Below are positions 45,645 through 54,875 of a stretch of DNA of 64,000 nucleotides, one piece after another. The stretch's first letter is position 1. Every line of letters starts with the position of its first letter. The position numbers and the translations under genes are program-made. The stretch spans positions 1 to 64,000 of IMG/VR virus record IMGVR_UViG_3300032516_000013. The stretch is one strand, 5' to 3'. Source of the DNA: a virus. The notes beneath the pieces were generated by a model that saw only the letters and a list, made by a program, of their open reading frames with translations, searched no databases and was not told the DNA's origin.

Positions 45645-48125
45645 TCACACTTCTTCAGGTTCATCCTTTATAAGATCTAACTCCTCTTCAACAACTTCCA
45701 TTTCTGATTCTGGTTTGAACTCGACTATTGTCTTTGAAAACTTTAATTTCCAAGATCGAGCGTCTCTTTCTATTAACCAACCCGAACTAATGTCTTTGTC
45801 TCCTTTTCTCTTAGCTTCTAAAAGAGACTTATCTCCAATCTTAATAGCTTCCTCATCATCTTGAACAGAAACTAAAGCTGGCAAATATGATCGAACATCC
45901 ATGCTCTCAGTAGGACGCCTTCTTGTAAACAATTTATCTCTTCGTTTTATTGCCTCATTTATTGCAACATCTGTTATGAGTTCATAATTAATATTTCCTG
46001 AACCCAATGTGTTATCCTCTGGTATAAGATTGCTATAAATGCTTTCAAATCCTGGCTTAGGAGGCTTCTTTTCTCCAGGTTGCTCTCCGGGTAATGCTGT
46101 AGGCTTTGCCGTTTCTTCTTTAGCCGCTTTAGCCGCAATCATTTGTTTTCTTAATTCATCTTCCTTTTGCATAACTTCAGGAGATTTAAAGAAATCTGTA
46201 ATCTGGAAATCTTCCATCTTTAGAATCTTCTCATTAAAATACTCCCAGATCTTCAGCATATCAATTCGATTACCAGCTACCTTTTTCAAAGTCTCAATAA
46301 ATTTCCTAAATGAATCTATCCCAGAATTCAAAGACTTCATCATTTGAGCTTCTTCAGTTGAGGAAGTTTCAGACATATGAACTTCAAACAAAGCAGGATC
46401 CGGATCCATTCCCATATAAGCAAGATGTATCTGACATAGGCGAACAATGCCTGAAACTAGCGATCTCTGTAATCTTCTAGCAGATCTGGCGAATCGTATA
46501 CCTAATTCTGATATAGCCTCAGAACCTAATGCTCCGGATGATTCCTTAGTAAATGCACCACCTAATGATGGAGAACATGCCATAGCAAATGCTAATTGAT
46601 TCCTTAAGTTATCAACATCAACAATCCATCGAATATCAGCCTCTCCTCCAACCTTCTCATACTTAAGATCATCAATGCTTCCCCACACAGGAACAAAAAT
46701 ATCTTCAATTGCAGTCAATGAATTTTGCTTGTTATCAAAACCAGGACTGCCATCTCTTGTATCAATAGCTCGAGCCTGAGTAATCAAAGTAGCATATTGA
46801 TCCATCAAGCTACTAACAGCCTCAGCATTATTCATATCTACTTTCATCTTCCAAATATAACGAATAATGCCTCTTGTTACACGAGCTAACAGTAAACTAT
46901 CCTCTGCTAATCGAAGTCTCTTATAAGCAGGTAATGCATTAAGAGCTATAGATGCTCCATATCTTGTATTTATCTGTTTAGTGTCTCCCCCTGTTACAAG
47001 ATGGATTTGTCTCATCTCCGCATAACCAGGATCGCCTCCAAATTTAGGTCTCTTCCTTTTAGTTCCAAGAAGTCTAAAATGCACATAATCCCATGGAGGA
47101 ATCAATGCTTGAGATCTATCATCATATCCTGTCTGAGCAATACCCTGAGGTGTCCTATAGAATCCAACAAGCATTCCTTCCACTTCTACTCGACTTATAT
47201 GCATTGGATAAACACCATCATCCAAAGAGATAACTCCAATACCTGGAACTCCATTTGCTTTTATAAAGAGATCACCAAATGTAGCAACAGAAACAGCCCA
47301 GTCAAATATCTTCTCTTCTACTCCTACTTGATCTAGAAAACTAGTAAGCTCCTTAGCATATGTATCGTTTTGAGAAGTCACCCAAACTGTTGCATTGTGG
47401 ATGGGATTGAATGTCGTCGCAACATTCCCATAAAGATCAAGAGCAGGACCAACAAACCAATGCTCGCAATTACTTACAAAAACGCCAGCTTTCAATGGAA
47501 AGTTATGATTCTTCTCAGTTCTTAAACAGTAAACATCCTCAAGATGAGGTAATTCCTGAACAATAACAACTTTATGATTCAAAAGACATTCCATTAATTT
47601 AGACATTAGGGAATCACCGGATTGAAGATACTGGGCTTCTTTATATGTTCCATCTCTCAGAAGAAATTTATGATCTAAGGTACAATCTATTTCTTCTCCA
47701 TTATCCAAAGTAACTCTCACCAATTTAGAAGATCTTCTAGTAAGACCAACAGCCATTATTTTATCTGGTTCTAATCCTAAAGTTTCTGGGTTAATACTCA
47801 AAGTGTATTTTCCAACAAAGTTCTCAGGATGTTCTGACATTTCTTTCAATGTTGGAGTTGTGTTGTTTAATAGATACACTTGGGTAGATCCTACAAAACA
47901 GGCTCTTTCCAGTTCCTGATACATTCCAAATCTATCAGCTGAAACTCTAACATCCTCCTCTATCGAACGCTGTAACATCTTAGCAGTCAACCCAGCTTTT
48001 TGTAACAGAAGAATTGCATCCTTATCTAACTTTTGTCCTACTCCACGAAAAGTATCAGCAGGAATCATCGGAGGTTTATCTGTTATACCTGGCAATAATT
48101 GAGTAAATGGATTTGTTGAAGGCAT
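45645..48125 (-). CDS. Portal protein (gp20-like) with mini-intein
   Basis: FGDLFIK, VHFRL, YG.SI, LRLAEDSLLLARVTR, EDIFVP and RFARS..RLQ portal motifs. Confidence 0.88.
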   Translation of the reverse strand: MPSTNPFTQLLPGITDKPPMIPADTFRGVGQKLDKDAILLLQKAGLTAKMLQRSIEEDVRVSADRFGMYQELERACFVGSTQVYLLNNTTPTLKEMSEHPENFVGKYTLSINPETLGLEPDKIMAVGLTRRSSKLVRVTLDNGEEIDCTLDHKFLLRDGTYKEAQYLQSGDSLMSKLMECLLNHKVVIVQELPHLEDVYCLRTEKNHNFPLKAGVFVSNCEHWFVGPALDLYGNVATTFNPIHNATVWVTSQNDTYAKELTSFLDQVGVEEKIFDWAVSVATFGDLFIKANGVPGIGVISLDDGVYPMHISRVEVEGMLVGFYRTPQGIAQTGYDDRSQALIPPWDYVHFRLLGTKRKRPKFGGDPGYAEMRQIHLVTGGDTKQINTRYGASIALNALPAYKRLRLAEDSLLLARVTRGIIRYIWKMKVDMNNAEAVSSLMDQYATLITQARAIDTRDGSPGFDNKQNSLTAIEDIFVPVWGSIDDLKYEKVGGEADIRWIVDVDNLRNQLAFAMACSPSLGGAFTKESSGALGSEAISELGIRFARSARRLQRSLVSGIVRLCQIHLAYMGMDPDPALFEVHMSETSSTEEAQMMKSLNSGIDSFRKFIETLKKVAGNRIDMLKIWEYFNEKILKMEDFQITDFFKSPEVMQKEDELRKQMIAAKAAKEETAKPTALPGEQPGEKKPPKPGFESIYSNLIPEDNTLGSGNINYELITDVAINEAIKRRDKLFTRRRPTESMDVRSYLPALVSVQDDEEAIKIGDKSLLEAKRKGDKDISSGWLIERDARSWKLKFSKTIVEFKPESEMEVVEEELDLIKDEPEEV
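47469..47900 (-). mobile_element. Mini-intein (144 aa) in portal
   Basis: CFVGSTQV...CTLDHKF...GDSLM...NHNFPLKAGVFVSN followed by +1 Cys; no endonuclease domain. Confidence 0.9.
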
Positions 48126-48179
48126 AGTTTCTATCCCAAAAAGTTTGATGGTTAGTTATAAGAACAACTTGCTAATTAA

Positions 48180-48189
48180 TAAATAAATG
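48180..48189 (-). promoter_or_regulatory. Candidate late-promoter element CATTTATTTA (copy 3, upstream of portal)
   Basis: Repeated intergenic 10-mer, 55 nt upstream of the portal ATG. Confidence 0.35.
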
Positions 48190-48370
48190 GAAATAAAGAG
48201 ATAAAGGTGGAAAATAGAAATTTAATTAAGAAACTTTTAATTCAAGTTCACTCATAAGCACATACCGCTCTACTTCCTGTTTAATTTTCTTAAACATTTC
48301 AAAAGCAACAATTTGAGCCGAAGTTGGATGACTGCTACAGTCAAAAACTGATTGTGACTCAACATTTTCA

Positions 48371-48694
48371 TTACTTTCTTTTCTTAGATAATCGTTTCTT
48401 GTTTAGTCGAACTAACAGTTTATAAAACTCTATTGGGTTATCCTCATAATCTATATCCCCTATACAATTAAAATTCTTATTTACTAAAATACCTGGGCAC
48501 ACAGTACATTCACCATTACTATAATCACAAAAATAACAATCATTTTCTAAAGTATGCGGACTATATCCATTAGCAGTTAAATATAGATGTTTTAATTCTT
48601 CTATATCTTCTTCTGTAAGTCGTAGTCCTACTTGTGTAATCCACTTCCACATTCTAAGACACTCTGACCATGTTTTATTTAATGACATCTTCAT
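48371..48694 (-). CDS. Cys-rich hypothetical protein
   Basis: MW.WI...CYFCDY...C..CP; AGGAG SD. Confidence 0.6.
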   Translation of the reverse strand: MKMSLNKTWSECLRMWKWITQVGLRLTEEDIEELKHLYLTANGYSPHTLENDCYFCDYSNGECTVCPGILVNKNFNCIGDIDYEDNPIEFYKLLVRLNKKRLSKKRK

Positions 48695-49103
48695 AATCTT
48701 TCTCCTAAGTTAGTTCAAACAATAATAGTTGTTCATTAGGTTGTCTTAACATTTCTATATATCTTGTGGACAATTCCCAATACTACCCCAATGGTGCTTT
48801 AGGATTTTTAGTTGTTATACGAAATATATCAGAACTTATAACTGCTATTATTATACAGGGGTTCAAAGCATCTTCTTTCGCCTCTTTACACCAATCACTC
48901 TCAGGAAACAGTTTTACTCTATCACCAACTTTAAATTTAGTCCGGCCAATCATAGTCATTCCTTATTGCTAAAGTAAGATACTTTACTAATCCTTCAGCA
49001 CGTTTCTTATTGTATGATTCTCTATACTTGGTATATAAACATCTGTTTCAATACAAACTTACTTGTCTCCTTATCTTGTAATATCCAACCAAACTTTTTC
49101 ATA

Positions 49104-49289
49104 TTATGTTATCTCCGGTGCTCTCTCTTTTCTTAATTCTTCACTTAACTCATTATTTGCAGTTTCTAAAGTTTGTAGTGCTTCCGCAGCCATTATGCAT
49201 AAAACTAAATAAAATCCTTGAGATACTGGCTTATCTGTATTTCCATATATCTTCAACACATTGATTAATGCTTGCGTAGATTCATCCAT
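49104..49289 (-). CDS. Hypothetical protein
   Basis: GGAGG SD upstream. Confidence 0.5.
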   Translation of the reverse strand: MDESTQALINVLKIYGNTDKPVSQGFYLVLCIMAAEALQTLETANNELSEELRKERAPEIT

Positions 49290-49490
49290 TTTTAAACCCC
49301 CTCCAAAGTTACTTTAATCTTCACAACTATTTCTTGAGAATTTCTGTGTATACTTGCTACCGCAATTTTGTTCCTGCACGCACGCTCGTCAATAAATTGC
49401 CACATATCCATTAAATCATAGCAAGGAGGGCTGATGTTAATAAGTCATCGAGCTTTTAAGGACTGTGCCACCTCCACGCTAATGATTTAT

Positions 49491-49778
49491 TCAATCTTCA
49501 ATTGCCAAAACATCTTGCATGTCTATTATCCGGAGATTTTCATCCTTACTATCAAGTTCTTGTCCAGAAAAAGAAATTAAAACTCTATCCCCAACCTTTA
49601 TAGACATAATATTCCTTTTTCCATTACCAAGAATCCTACCAGGCCCAACTGCTCTCACCACACCAGTAGTTGGACTCTTCTTAGCAACTCCGGGAATAAG
49701 AATTCCTTTGTCTGTTCTATCTTTTGGAACAATGTATTCCACCAATAATTTATCACCTAATAAAAGCTGAATGTTCAT
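49491..49778 (-). CDS. groES: Co-chaperonin GroES-like protein
   Basis: LGDKLLV, GILIP, G.V.AVGPG, IKVGDRVL, DVLA. Confidence 0.88.
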   Translation of the reverse strand: MNIQLLLGDKLLVEYIVPKDRTDKGILIPGVAKKSPTTGVVRAVGPGRILGNGKRNIMSIKVGDRVLISFSGQELDSKDENLRIIDMQDVLAIED

Positions 49779-50104
49779 GATTTCTTTGTCCTAAAAATAA
49801 AATGATGAATTTTCCCCAAAAATGTAACAACACTTACCTGCATATACGGCTCTTCTGCGGACATTGTCTGTGCTATATTTTCCCAATAAACCGCCTTAAT
49901 AAAAGATTTCGGACCACCAACACAATTGAGTGACATAAAAGTTGAGACCATCTCTCCCATTTTCAAAAAATTTCCGCTTCTTAATCCTGATTCAAACAAA
50001 CCACTTAATCCATTATGAATATTATGAACTATTGTATTCTCCACTATATAACCAGTTACTTCTGGAGAAGGAAGAGGAACAATTTTTGGACCTTCATCTC
50101 TCAT
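49775..50104 (-). CDS. Hypothetical protein
   Basis: Overlap-coupled ORF. Confidence 0.5.
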   Translation of the reverse strand: MRDEGPKIVPLPSPEVTGYIVENTIVHNIHNGLSGLFESGLRSGNFLKMGEMVSTFMSLNCVGGPKSFIKAVYWENIAQTMSAEEPYMQVSVVTFLGKIHHFIFRTKKS

Positions 50105-50384
50105 CTGTTTTCTCAGGCTTTTTTACTTTCTTATCCTCACTCTTTATCTTATACTCTGCTTCTTCCTTGGTGCAAGTAACTAAAACAGTTTTTCCAGGAA
50201 GAAATATTCGACATGCTACTTTTGTTTGAGATTGTCCATCCGGACCCATCACTTCTAAAGGAATGATATCGGGAGCTAAATAGCAAACATGCTCAGCTAC
50301 AATTGTAACTGACATATGACTTACTCGAATTTGCTTCTCACTAACTGGCTGAATAACTACTTCTGTAAACTCGACGAATCTCAT
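50094..50384 (-). CDS. Hypothetical protein
   Basis: AGGAG SD before the MRFVEF start. Confidence 0.5.
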   Translation of the reverse strand: MRFVEFTEVVIQPVSEKQIRVSHMSVTIVAEHVCYLAPDIIPLEVMGPDGQSQTKVACRIFLPGKTVLVTCTKEEAEYKIKSEDKKVKKPEKTDER

Positions 50385-50585
50385 GTTAGTTCTCCTTCTT
50401 AATGTCATCCACATTAAACAAAAACTTTGCTTTCATCATATACACTTTCAATTGCTTCTTGTTATGTCCACAACAAATTCCTAAACAAAATACCTTTGGC
50501 TTTCGTTAGTGACCAAATAAATCATTTTCACGTTAACACTCATAAAAACATCACCATGTTTCCATTTTCTATTCATGTTTTTCTC

Positions 50586-51113
50586 CTAAAAGAATGTTTT
50601 ACTATTTTTAACCCCCAATTCTTCTCGCACCCATTGAGGATAAGATGATTCCATTTCCCAAGATCTTGTAATAGCATAAGGCAACTTAATTTCTGGATGC
50701 TCTTTTAACAATTTCGTAAGTTCCATATACATTATATCATACTCTTGATCTGAGACTTCTGAACGAAATAAAACATAGTACAAGTAATCATATCTTGTTA
50801 GTTTTCTTTGAAGTTCAAAAATATGCTGCTCAACTTCTTTTCCAGAAGTTTCAATTCTTGATTTTCCAACTTGTTTCGGTTCTTTCCATTCATATTTTTT
50901 AGGACGATTGATACAAGAACCGACAGAAGGCTGGAGATAATCTGGTTCAAAACTTAGAAACTCAGTTTCACATTTCCAACAATAAAATAAGCTGTAATAC
51001 TTCCCATCCTTTTCAAGTGGTAAACAATTGCATTGACACCAGTCATGCTCCTGACTAGCCATCAATTCGTCCCACCATGCTCGATGTTGTATTGGGTCAG
51101 TAAAGCAAGACAT
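50586..51113 (-). CDS. Protein with stand-alone NAD-dependent ligase N-terminal (Ia) subdomain
   Basis: EL...L..YDYLYYV....EVSDQEYD....EL..L..EHPE; no adenylation KxDG motif. Confidence 0.7.
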   Translation of the reverse strand: MSCFTDPIQHRAWWDELMASQEHDWCQCNCLPLEKDGKYYSLFYCWKCETEFLSFEPDYLQPSVGSCINRPKKYEWKEPKQVGKSRIETSGKEVEQHIFELQRKLTRYDYLYYVLFRSEVSDQEYDIMYMELTKLLKEHPEIKLPYAITRSWEMESSYPQWVREELGVKNSKTFF

Positions 51114-51175
51114 TATTGTTTCCTAAAAGGGTGATCATTTTCATTTCTCTCATTTAGTTCTCTCTCATTATTTAA

Positions 51176-51203
51176 ATTATACGGGATTTTTCAAGAAAAC
51201 CAA
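51176..51203 (-). promoter_or_regulatory. Sigma70-type promoter (TTGGTT-N16-TATAAT), copy 1
   Basis: Conserved with the copies at 53904-53932 and 54596-54623. Confidence 0.65.
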
Positions 51204-51219
51204 ATGAAAAATTGAAAAA

Positions 51220-52050
51220 TCAAAAAAATATTTTTCTCTTATCTTTGAATGGTTTAATCCAAAGAACTTCTATTCTTTTATCTTCTTCATCACTTTTACC
51301 AACAAGAAAATTACTAACAACTTCCTTTTTAAGAACCTGCCAACCATTACTCTCTAAAGGCTTATAAATTTCATTTTCAAACCCACTCAAAACAACGTAG
51401 CCTTTCAAGCATAACAATCTTTCGATCAGTTCTGCGTGATCTGCATCAATCATTTCAAAATTATACCTACCTGATCTTCTAGTAGAATGAACATAAGGAG
51501 GATCAAGATAGAACAATGTTTCCAAAGAATCGTACTTTTCTAAAATATCTCGCCAGTCCAAATTCTCCAAAACAACTGATTGAAATCTTGAATGTATTTC
51601 CGGAAGACCTTTTATAATAGACAACCAAGCTGCTGCACTTCTGAATGATCTGCTCCAAGAATTATTATTTACAAATATTGCCCCAAATAAATTTCTCACC
51701 ATAACGAACCATTTTGAAACTCTCTCTACTTTATTCTCCTCTGATTGCCATGTTTTTAAACATTCATTAAATAGTTTTAAACTATAAGGCAAAACAGAAA
51801 CTCTTCGATAAAACTGAGCAAAAAGATCTTCTTTACTAATAACATCAAAGAAATCATACAAAGCACTGTCTAAATCATTATAGATTTCTTCCCTTACATG
51901 TCTCTTTGCAATTAATAATCCTCCAGATCCACCAAAAACTTCAACATATCTTTGATGTGGAACTGCTTCTAAAATAGGAAGTATCCAGTTCTGCAAATCC
52001 ATCCTATTTTTTCCACCAAAAATTTTAATTGGTGATTTAAGTCTTGCCAT
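51220..52050 (-). CDS. dam: DNA adenine methyltransferase (Dam/D12 class)
   Basis: GGK, YVEVFGGSG, YNDLD, FYLDPPY; start placed at ATG 52050. Confidence 0.88.
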   Translation of the reverse strand: MARLKSPIKIFGGKNRMDLQNWILPILEAVPHQRYVEVFGGSGGLLIAKRHVREEIYNDLDSALYDFFDVISKEDLFAQFYRRVSVLPYSLKLFNECLKTWQSEENKVERVSKWFVMVRNLFGAIFVNNNSWSRSFRSAAAWLSIIKGLPEIHSRFQSVVLENLDWRDILEKYDSLETLFYLDPPYVHSTRRSGRYNFEMIDADHAELIERLLCLKGYVVLSGFENEIYKPLESNGWQVLKKEVVSNFLVGKSDEEDKRIEVLWIKPFKDKRKIFF

Positions 52051-52285
52051 TTTTTCTGAAATTGTTACATCTAAAACAAGGAATACTGTTTCTATCATAA
52101 CGTGTGAATCTATGCAAACAAGATTGACAACACTCAAATTCTGAAGTTCCAAATATGTAATTAACACAAAAATTTGAAAAGTCTAATTTACAAATTTTAT
52201 GATGAAGGCATTTTGAGCAAGAAGTTTCTTTTTTAACAATAACATTAAACTCACATTCTCCGTATAACCAATGGGATATTTTCAT
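52037..52285 (-). CDS. Cys-rich hypothetical protein
   Basis: Multiple CxxC; TAATG-coupled to the upstream gene. Confidence 0.5.
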   Translation of the reverse strand: MKISHWLYGECEFNVIVKKETSCSKCLHHKICKLDFSNFCVNYIFGTSEFECCQSCLHRFTRYDRNSIPCFRCNNFRKNGKT

Positions 52286-53205
52286 TATTTAACTCCCTTC
52301 AATAACTCTGGTTCATTTCCTACTATCCAATATACTATTTTTCCTTCATGAATTAAGGACTTTCCAATCAGATTCTTTTTAACCCAAGTAAATGTTTTCG
52401 CTTCGTAAACTGGATGAAATTTAATGTCTCCAAAGGAAATATCCTCTACCCTCTTTTCGTAAGTCATTCCTTCAGCAAACAGATCCATATAATTAAATGG
52501 ATAATTCCAACAATTAACTCCTGTAAGCATCGCAAGATTTGAAAGTCTGTCTTGAACTTTCTTCTTACGACTAGGAGCAGTTCCTAACAACCAAACATGA
52601 TTTACCTTCCTATTCCACTTCTGCAAGCCGTAGATTATCCCTGCAGCCGTGATCCCTGATCCACAGGTCACCGCTAAGTGTTCAATCTCTTCAGGTAGAT
52701 TGTGAACTTGAATAGCTGTTGAATCATAAAATGCCACAAGATTGTGAGGATCCTTGGAGTTCATCCCATAATTTACAATGAAATCACCATCCTCCTTTAT
52801 CTTCTTAATTTCATGATAAAGAACCGAAGATCTTCCAGAATTTGCTATTTGAATCTCTGCTCCAAAGTGCTTAACCAACCGAGGCATGTGCTTTTCATCA
52901 AGATATTCCTTCTTTGTTCCTCCATAGAACACAATACATTCCATGCCAAAATATTTGGATAGTGCTGCAATTATTGGTGCCTGCGGAGAGTTTAAAGAAC
53001 ATCCCGTTAAGATTCTCTTATAGCCTTGCTCTTTCGCTTGTGCTAAGAGAAATGCTCCTTGACGAAATTTGCCACCATTAACATTGCCAAGACCAAAAGG
53101 AGTAAACAAATCATCTCTCTTAAAGAATACACCTTCAACCTCTTGAACTGGTGTTAATTCAAAGGCTCCAAGATCTTCTAATAATTGTTGAGAGGAAAGA
53201 ATCAT
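52285..53205 (-). CDS. PLP-dependent enzyme (fold type II, ACC deaminase/cysteine desulfhydrase-like)
   Basis: FKRDD...NGGKFRQ (PLP lysine), SPQ, CGSGITAAG, FHPVYEAK. Confidence 0.8.
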   Translation of the reverse strand: MILSSQQLLEDLGAFELTPVQEVEGVFFKRDDLFTPFGLGNVNGGKFRQGAFLLAQAKEQGYKRILTGCSLNSPQAPIIAALSKYFGMECIVFYGGTKKEYLDEKHMPRLVKHFGAEIQIANSGRSSVLYHEIKKIKEDGDFIVNYGMNSKDPHNLVAFYDSTAIQVHNLPEEIEHLAVTCGSGITAAGIIYGLQKWNRKVNHVWLLGTAPSRKKKVQDRLSNLAMLTGVNCWNYPFNYMDLFAEGMTYEKRVEDISFGDIKFHPVYEAKTFTWVKKNLIGKSLIHEGKIVYWIVGNEPELLKGVK

Positions 53206-53271
53206 TTGTTTAAATTATTCCTCCTATCAAATCCGGTGCTCCATTCATGTCTGCTCCACTCAGTAAGGCTG

Positions 53272-53862
53272 CTAAGAGATCCGGTAAATATGCCGCAGGT
53301 CTGCTCCACGCAGGTCTGCTCCACTCAGGTTTGCTTCATTCATGTCTGCTCCATACAGGTTGGCTTCACACAGGTTTGCTCCACGCAGGTTTGCTCCATT
53401 CATGTCTGCTCCACTCAGGTTTGCTCCATACAGGTCTGCTCCATACAGGTCTGCTCCAATCAGGTTTGCTCCACTCAGGTTTGCTCCATACAGGTTTGCT
53501 CCACTCAGGTTTGCTCCATTCATGTCTGCTCCACTCAGGTTTGCTCCATACAGGTCTGCTCCATACAGGTTTGCTCCACACAGGTTTGCTCCACTCAGGT
53601 TTGCTCCACTCAGGTTTGCTCCATACAGGTTTGCTCCACTCAGGTTGGCTTCACGCAGGTCTGCTCCATACATGTCTGCTCCACTCAGGTTTGCTCCACT
53701 CAGGTTTGCTCCATACAGGTCTGCTTCACGCAGGTTGGCTTCACGCAGGTCTGCTCCATACAGGTCTGCTCTACTCAGGTTTGCTCCATACAAGTTAGCT
53801 TTAGCTTTTATTTCATAACCATTTACATTCACATTCACTTCTGTTTTCTTTTTATTTTTCAT
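53272..53862 (-). CDS. Pentapeptide repeat protein A
   Basis: About 33 A(N/D)LxG repeats encoded by a near-identical 15-nt unit. Confidence 0.9.
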   Translation of the reverse strand: MKNKKKTEVNVNVNGYEIKAKANLYGANLSRADLYGADLREANLREADLYGANLSGANLSGADMYGADLREANLSGANLYGANLSGANLSGANLCGANLYGADLYGANLSGADMNGANLSGANLYGANLSGANLIGADLYGADLYGANLSGADMNGANLRGANLCEANLYGADMNEANLSGADLRGADLRHIYRIS

Positions 53863-53903
53863 ATCTTCTCCTATTTGCCTATTTGCCTTCTCTCACTAAT
53901 TAA

Positions 53904-53932
53904 ATTATACGGGATGATTTAGAAAAAGCCAA
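53904..53932 (-). promoter_or_regulatory. Sigma70-type promoter (TTGGCT-N17-TATAAT), copy 2
   Basis: Conserved motif upstream of pentapeptide gene A. Confidence 0.65.
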
Positions 53933-54024
53933 ATGAAATCTTAGGAAAAAGAAAAATTTATTTTGTTAATTTGTGAAACAAACAATTTGCTTCACTTGTT
54001 AGTTAACCAATAACAACACCTAAA

Positions 54025-54498
54025 TTAACAAAAATTATTTCCATCTGTTCTTTTGTAATTTTTTGCTCCATTCATGTCTGCTCCATACATGTCTGCTCCA
54101 CGCAGGTTTGCTCCACGCAGGTTTGCTCCATACATGTCTGCTCCACTCAGGTTTGCTCTACTCAGGTTTGCTCCAATCAGGTTTGCTCCACGCAGGTTTG
54201 CTCCATTCATGTCTGCTCCATTCATGTCTGCTCCATACAGGTTTGCTCCACTCAGGTTTGCTCCACTCAGGTCTGCTCCACGCAGGTTTGCTCCATACAG
54301 GTCTGCTCCATTCATGTCTGCTCCATACAGGTTTGCTCCACGCAGGTTTGCTCCACGCAGGTTGGCTTCACTCAGGTTTGCTTCATACAGGTCTGCTCCA
54401 CGCAGTTCTACTCCACGCAGGTTTGCTCCATGCAAGTTAGCTTTAGCTTTTATTTTATAACCATTTACGTTCACTTCTGTTTTCTTTTTATTTTTCAT
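54025..54498 (-). CDS. Pentapeptide repeat protein B (paralogue of A)
   Basis: Same N-terminus MKNKKKTEVNVN; about 25 repeats. Confidence 0.9.
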   Translation of the reverse strand: MKNKKKTEVNVNGYKIKAKANLHGANLRGVELRGADLYEANLSEANLRGANLRGANLYGADMNGADLYGANLRGADLSGANLSGANLYGADMNGADMNGANLRGANLIGANLSRANLSGADMYGANLRGANLRGADMYGADMNGAKNYKRTDGNNFC

Positions 54499-54505
54499 AT
54501 CTTCT

Positions 54506-54580
54506 CCTATTTGCCTATTTGCCTATTTGCCTATTTGCCTATTTGCCTATTTGCCTATTTGCCTATTTGCCTATTTGCCT
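54506..54580. repeat. Tandem repeat (CCTATTTG)x9 in 5' leader
   Basis: Nine perfect 8-bp units; only two units (53870-53885) in the paralogous leader. Confidence 0.95.
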
Positions 54581-54595
54581 TCTCTCACTAATTAA

Positions 54596-54623
54596 ATTAT
54601 ACGAGATGAATTGAGAAAACCAA
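54596..54623 (-). promoter_or_regulatory. Sigma70-type promoter (TTGGTT-N16-TATAAT), copy 3
   Basis: Conserved motif upstream of pentapeptide gene B. Confidence 0.65.
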
Positions 54624-54647
54624 ATGAAATCTTAGAAAAAGAAAAAT

Positions 54648-54866
54648 TTATTTTTGCACTATTTCAATTCCCTCTGGCACAGAAATAGGTCTTGTTCCAT
54701 CAAGTGAAAAAATGAAATTAAGGCTGAGATCTTTTCCTATCTTTTTCAGATTCTCTATCATTTCTCCTAAAGATTCTGGATCTTCAAGCAATCTACTTCT
54801 GCTTATGGTGATCCAGTATATCTTTCCAGGTTCAAGAGATTTTATGTCTTCGATTTCAATGTTCAT
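54648..54866 (-). CDS. Hypothetical protein
   Basis: GAGGA SD. Confidence 0.55.
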   Translation of the reverse strand: MNIEIEDIKSLEPGKIYWITISRSRLLEDPESLGEMIENLKKIGKDLSLNFIFSLDGTRPISVPEGIEIVQK

Positions 54867-54875
54867 ATTACATCC

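Noticed and set aside
53185-54460. Long plus-strand and alternative-frame ORFs with QVCST, GLLHS, RFAP and WSKPE repeats
   Set aside because: They are shadows of the stop-free 15-nt pentapeptide repeat. Only the minus-strand A(N/D)LxG frame has an SD and a promoter.
53272-54498. Possible CRISPR array or DGR variable region (most variable repeat positions include A as an allele)
   Set aside because: The units are contiguous with no spacers, and no cas genes, reverse transcriptase or distinct template repeat are present in the window. Ordinary repeat turnover is sufficient.
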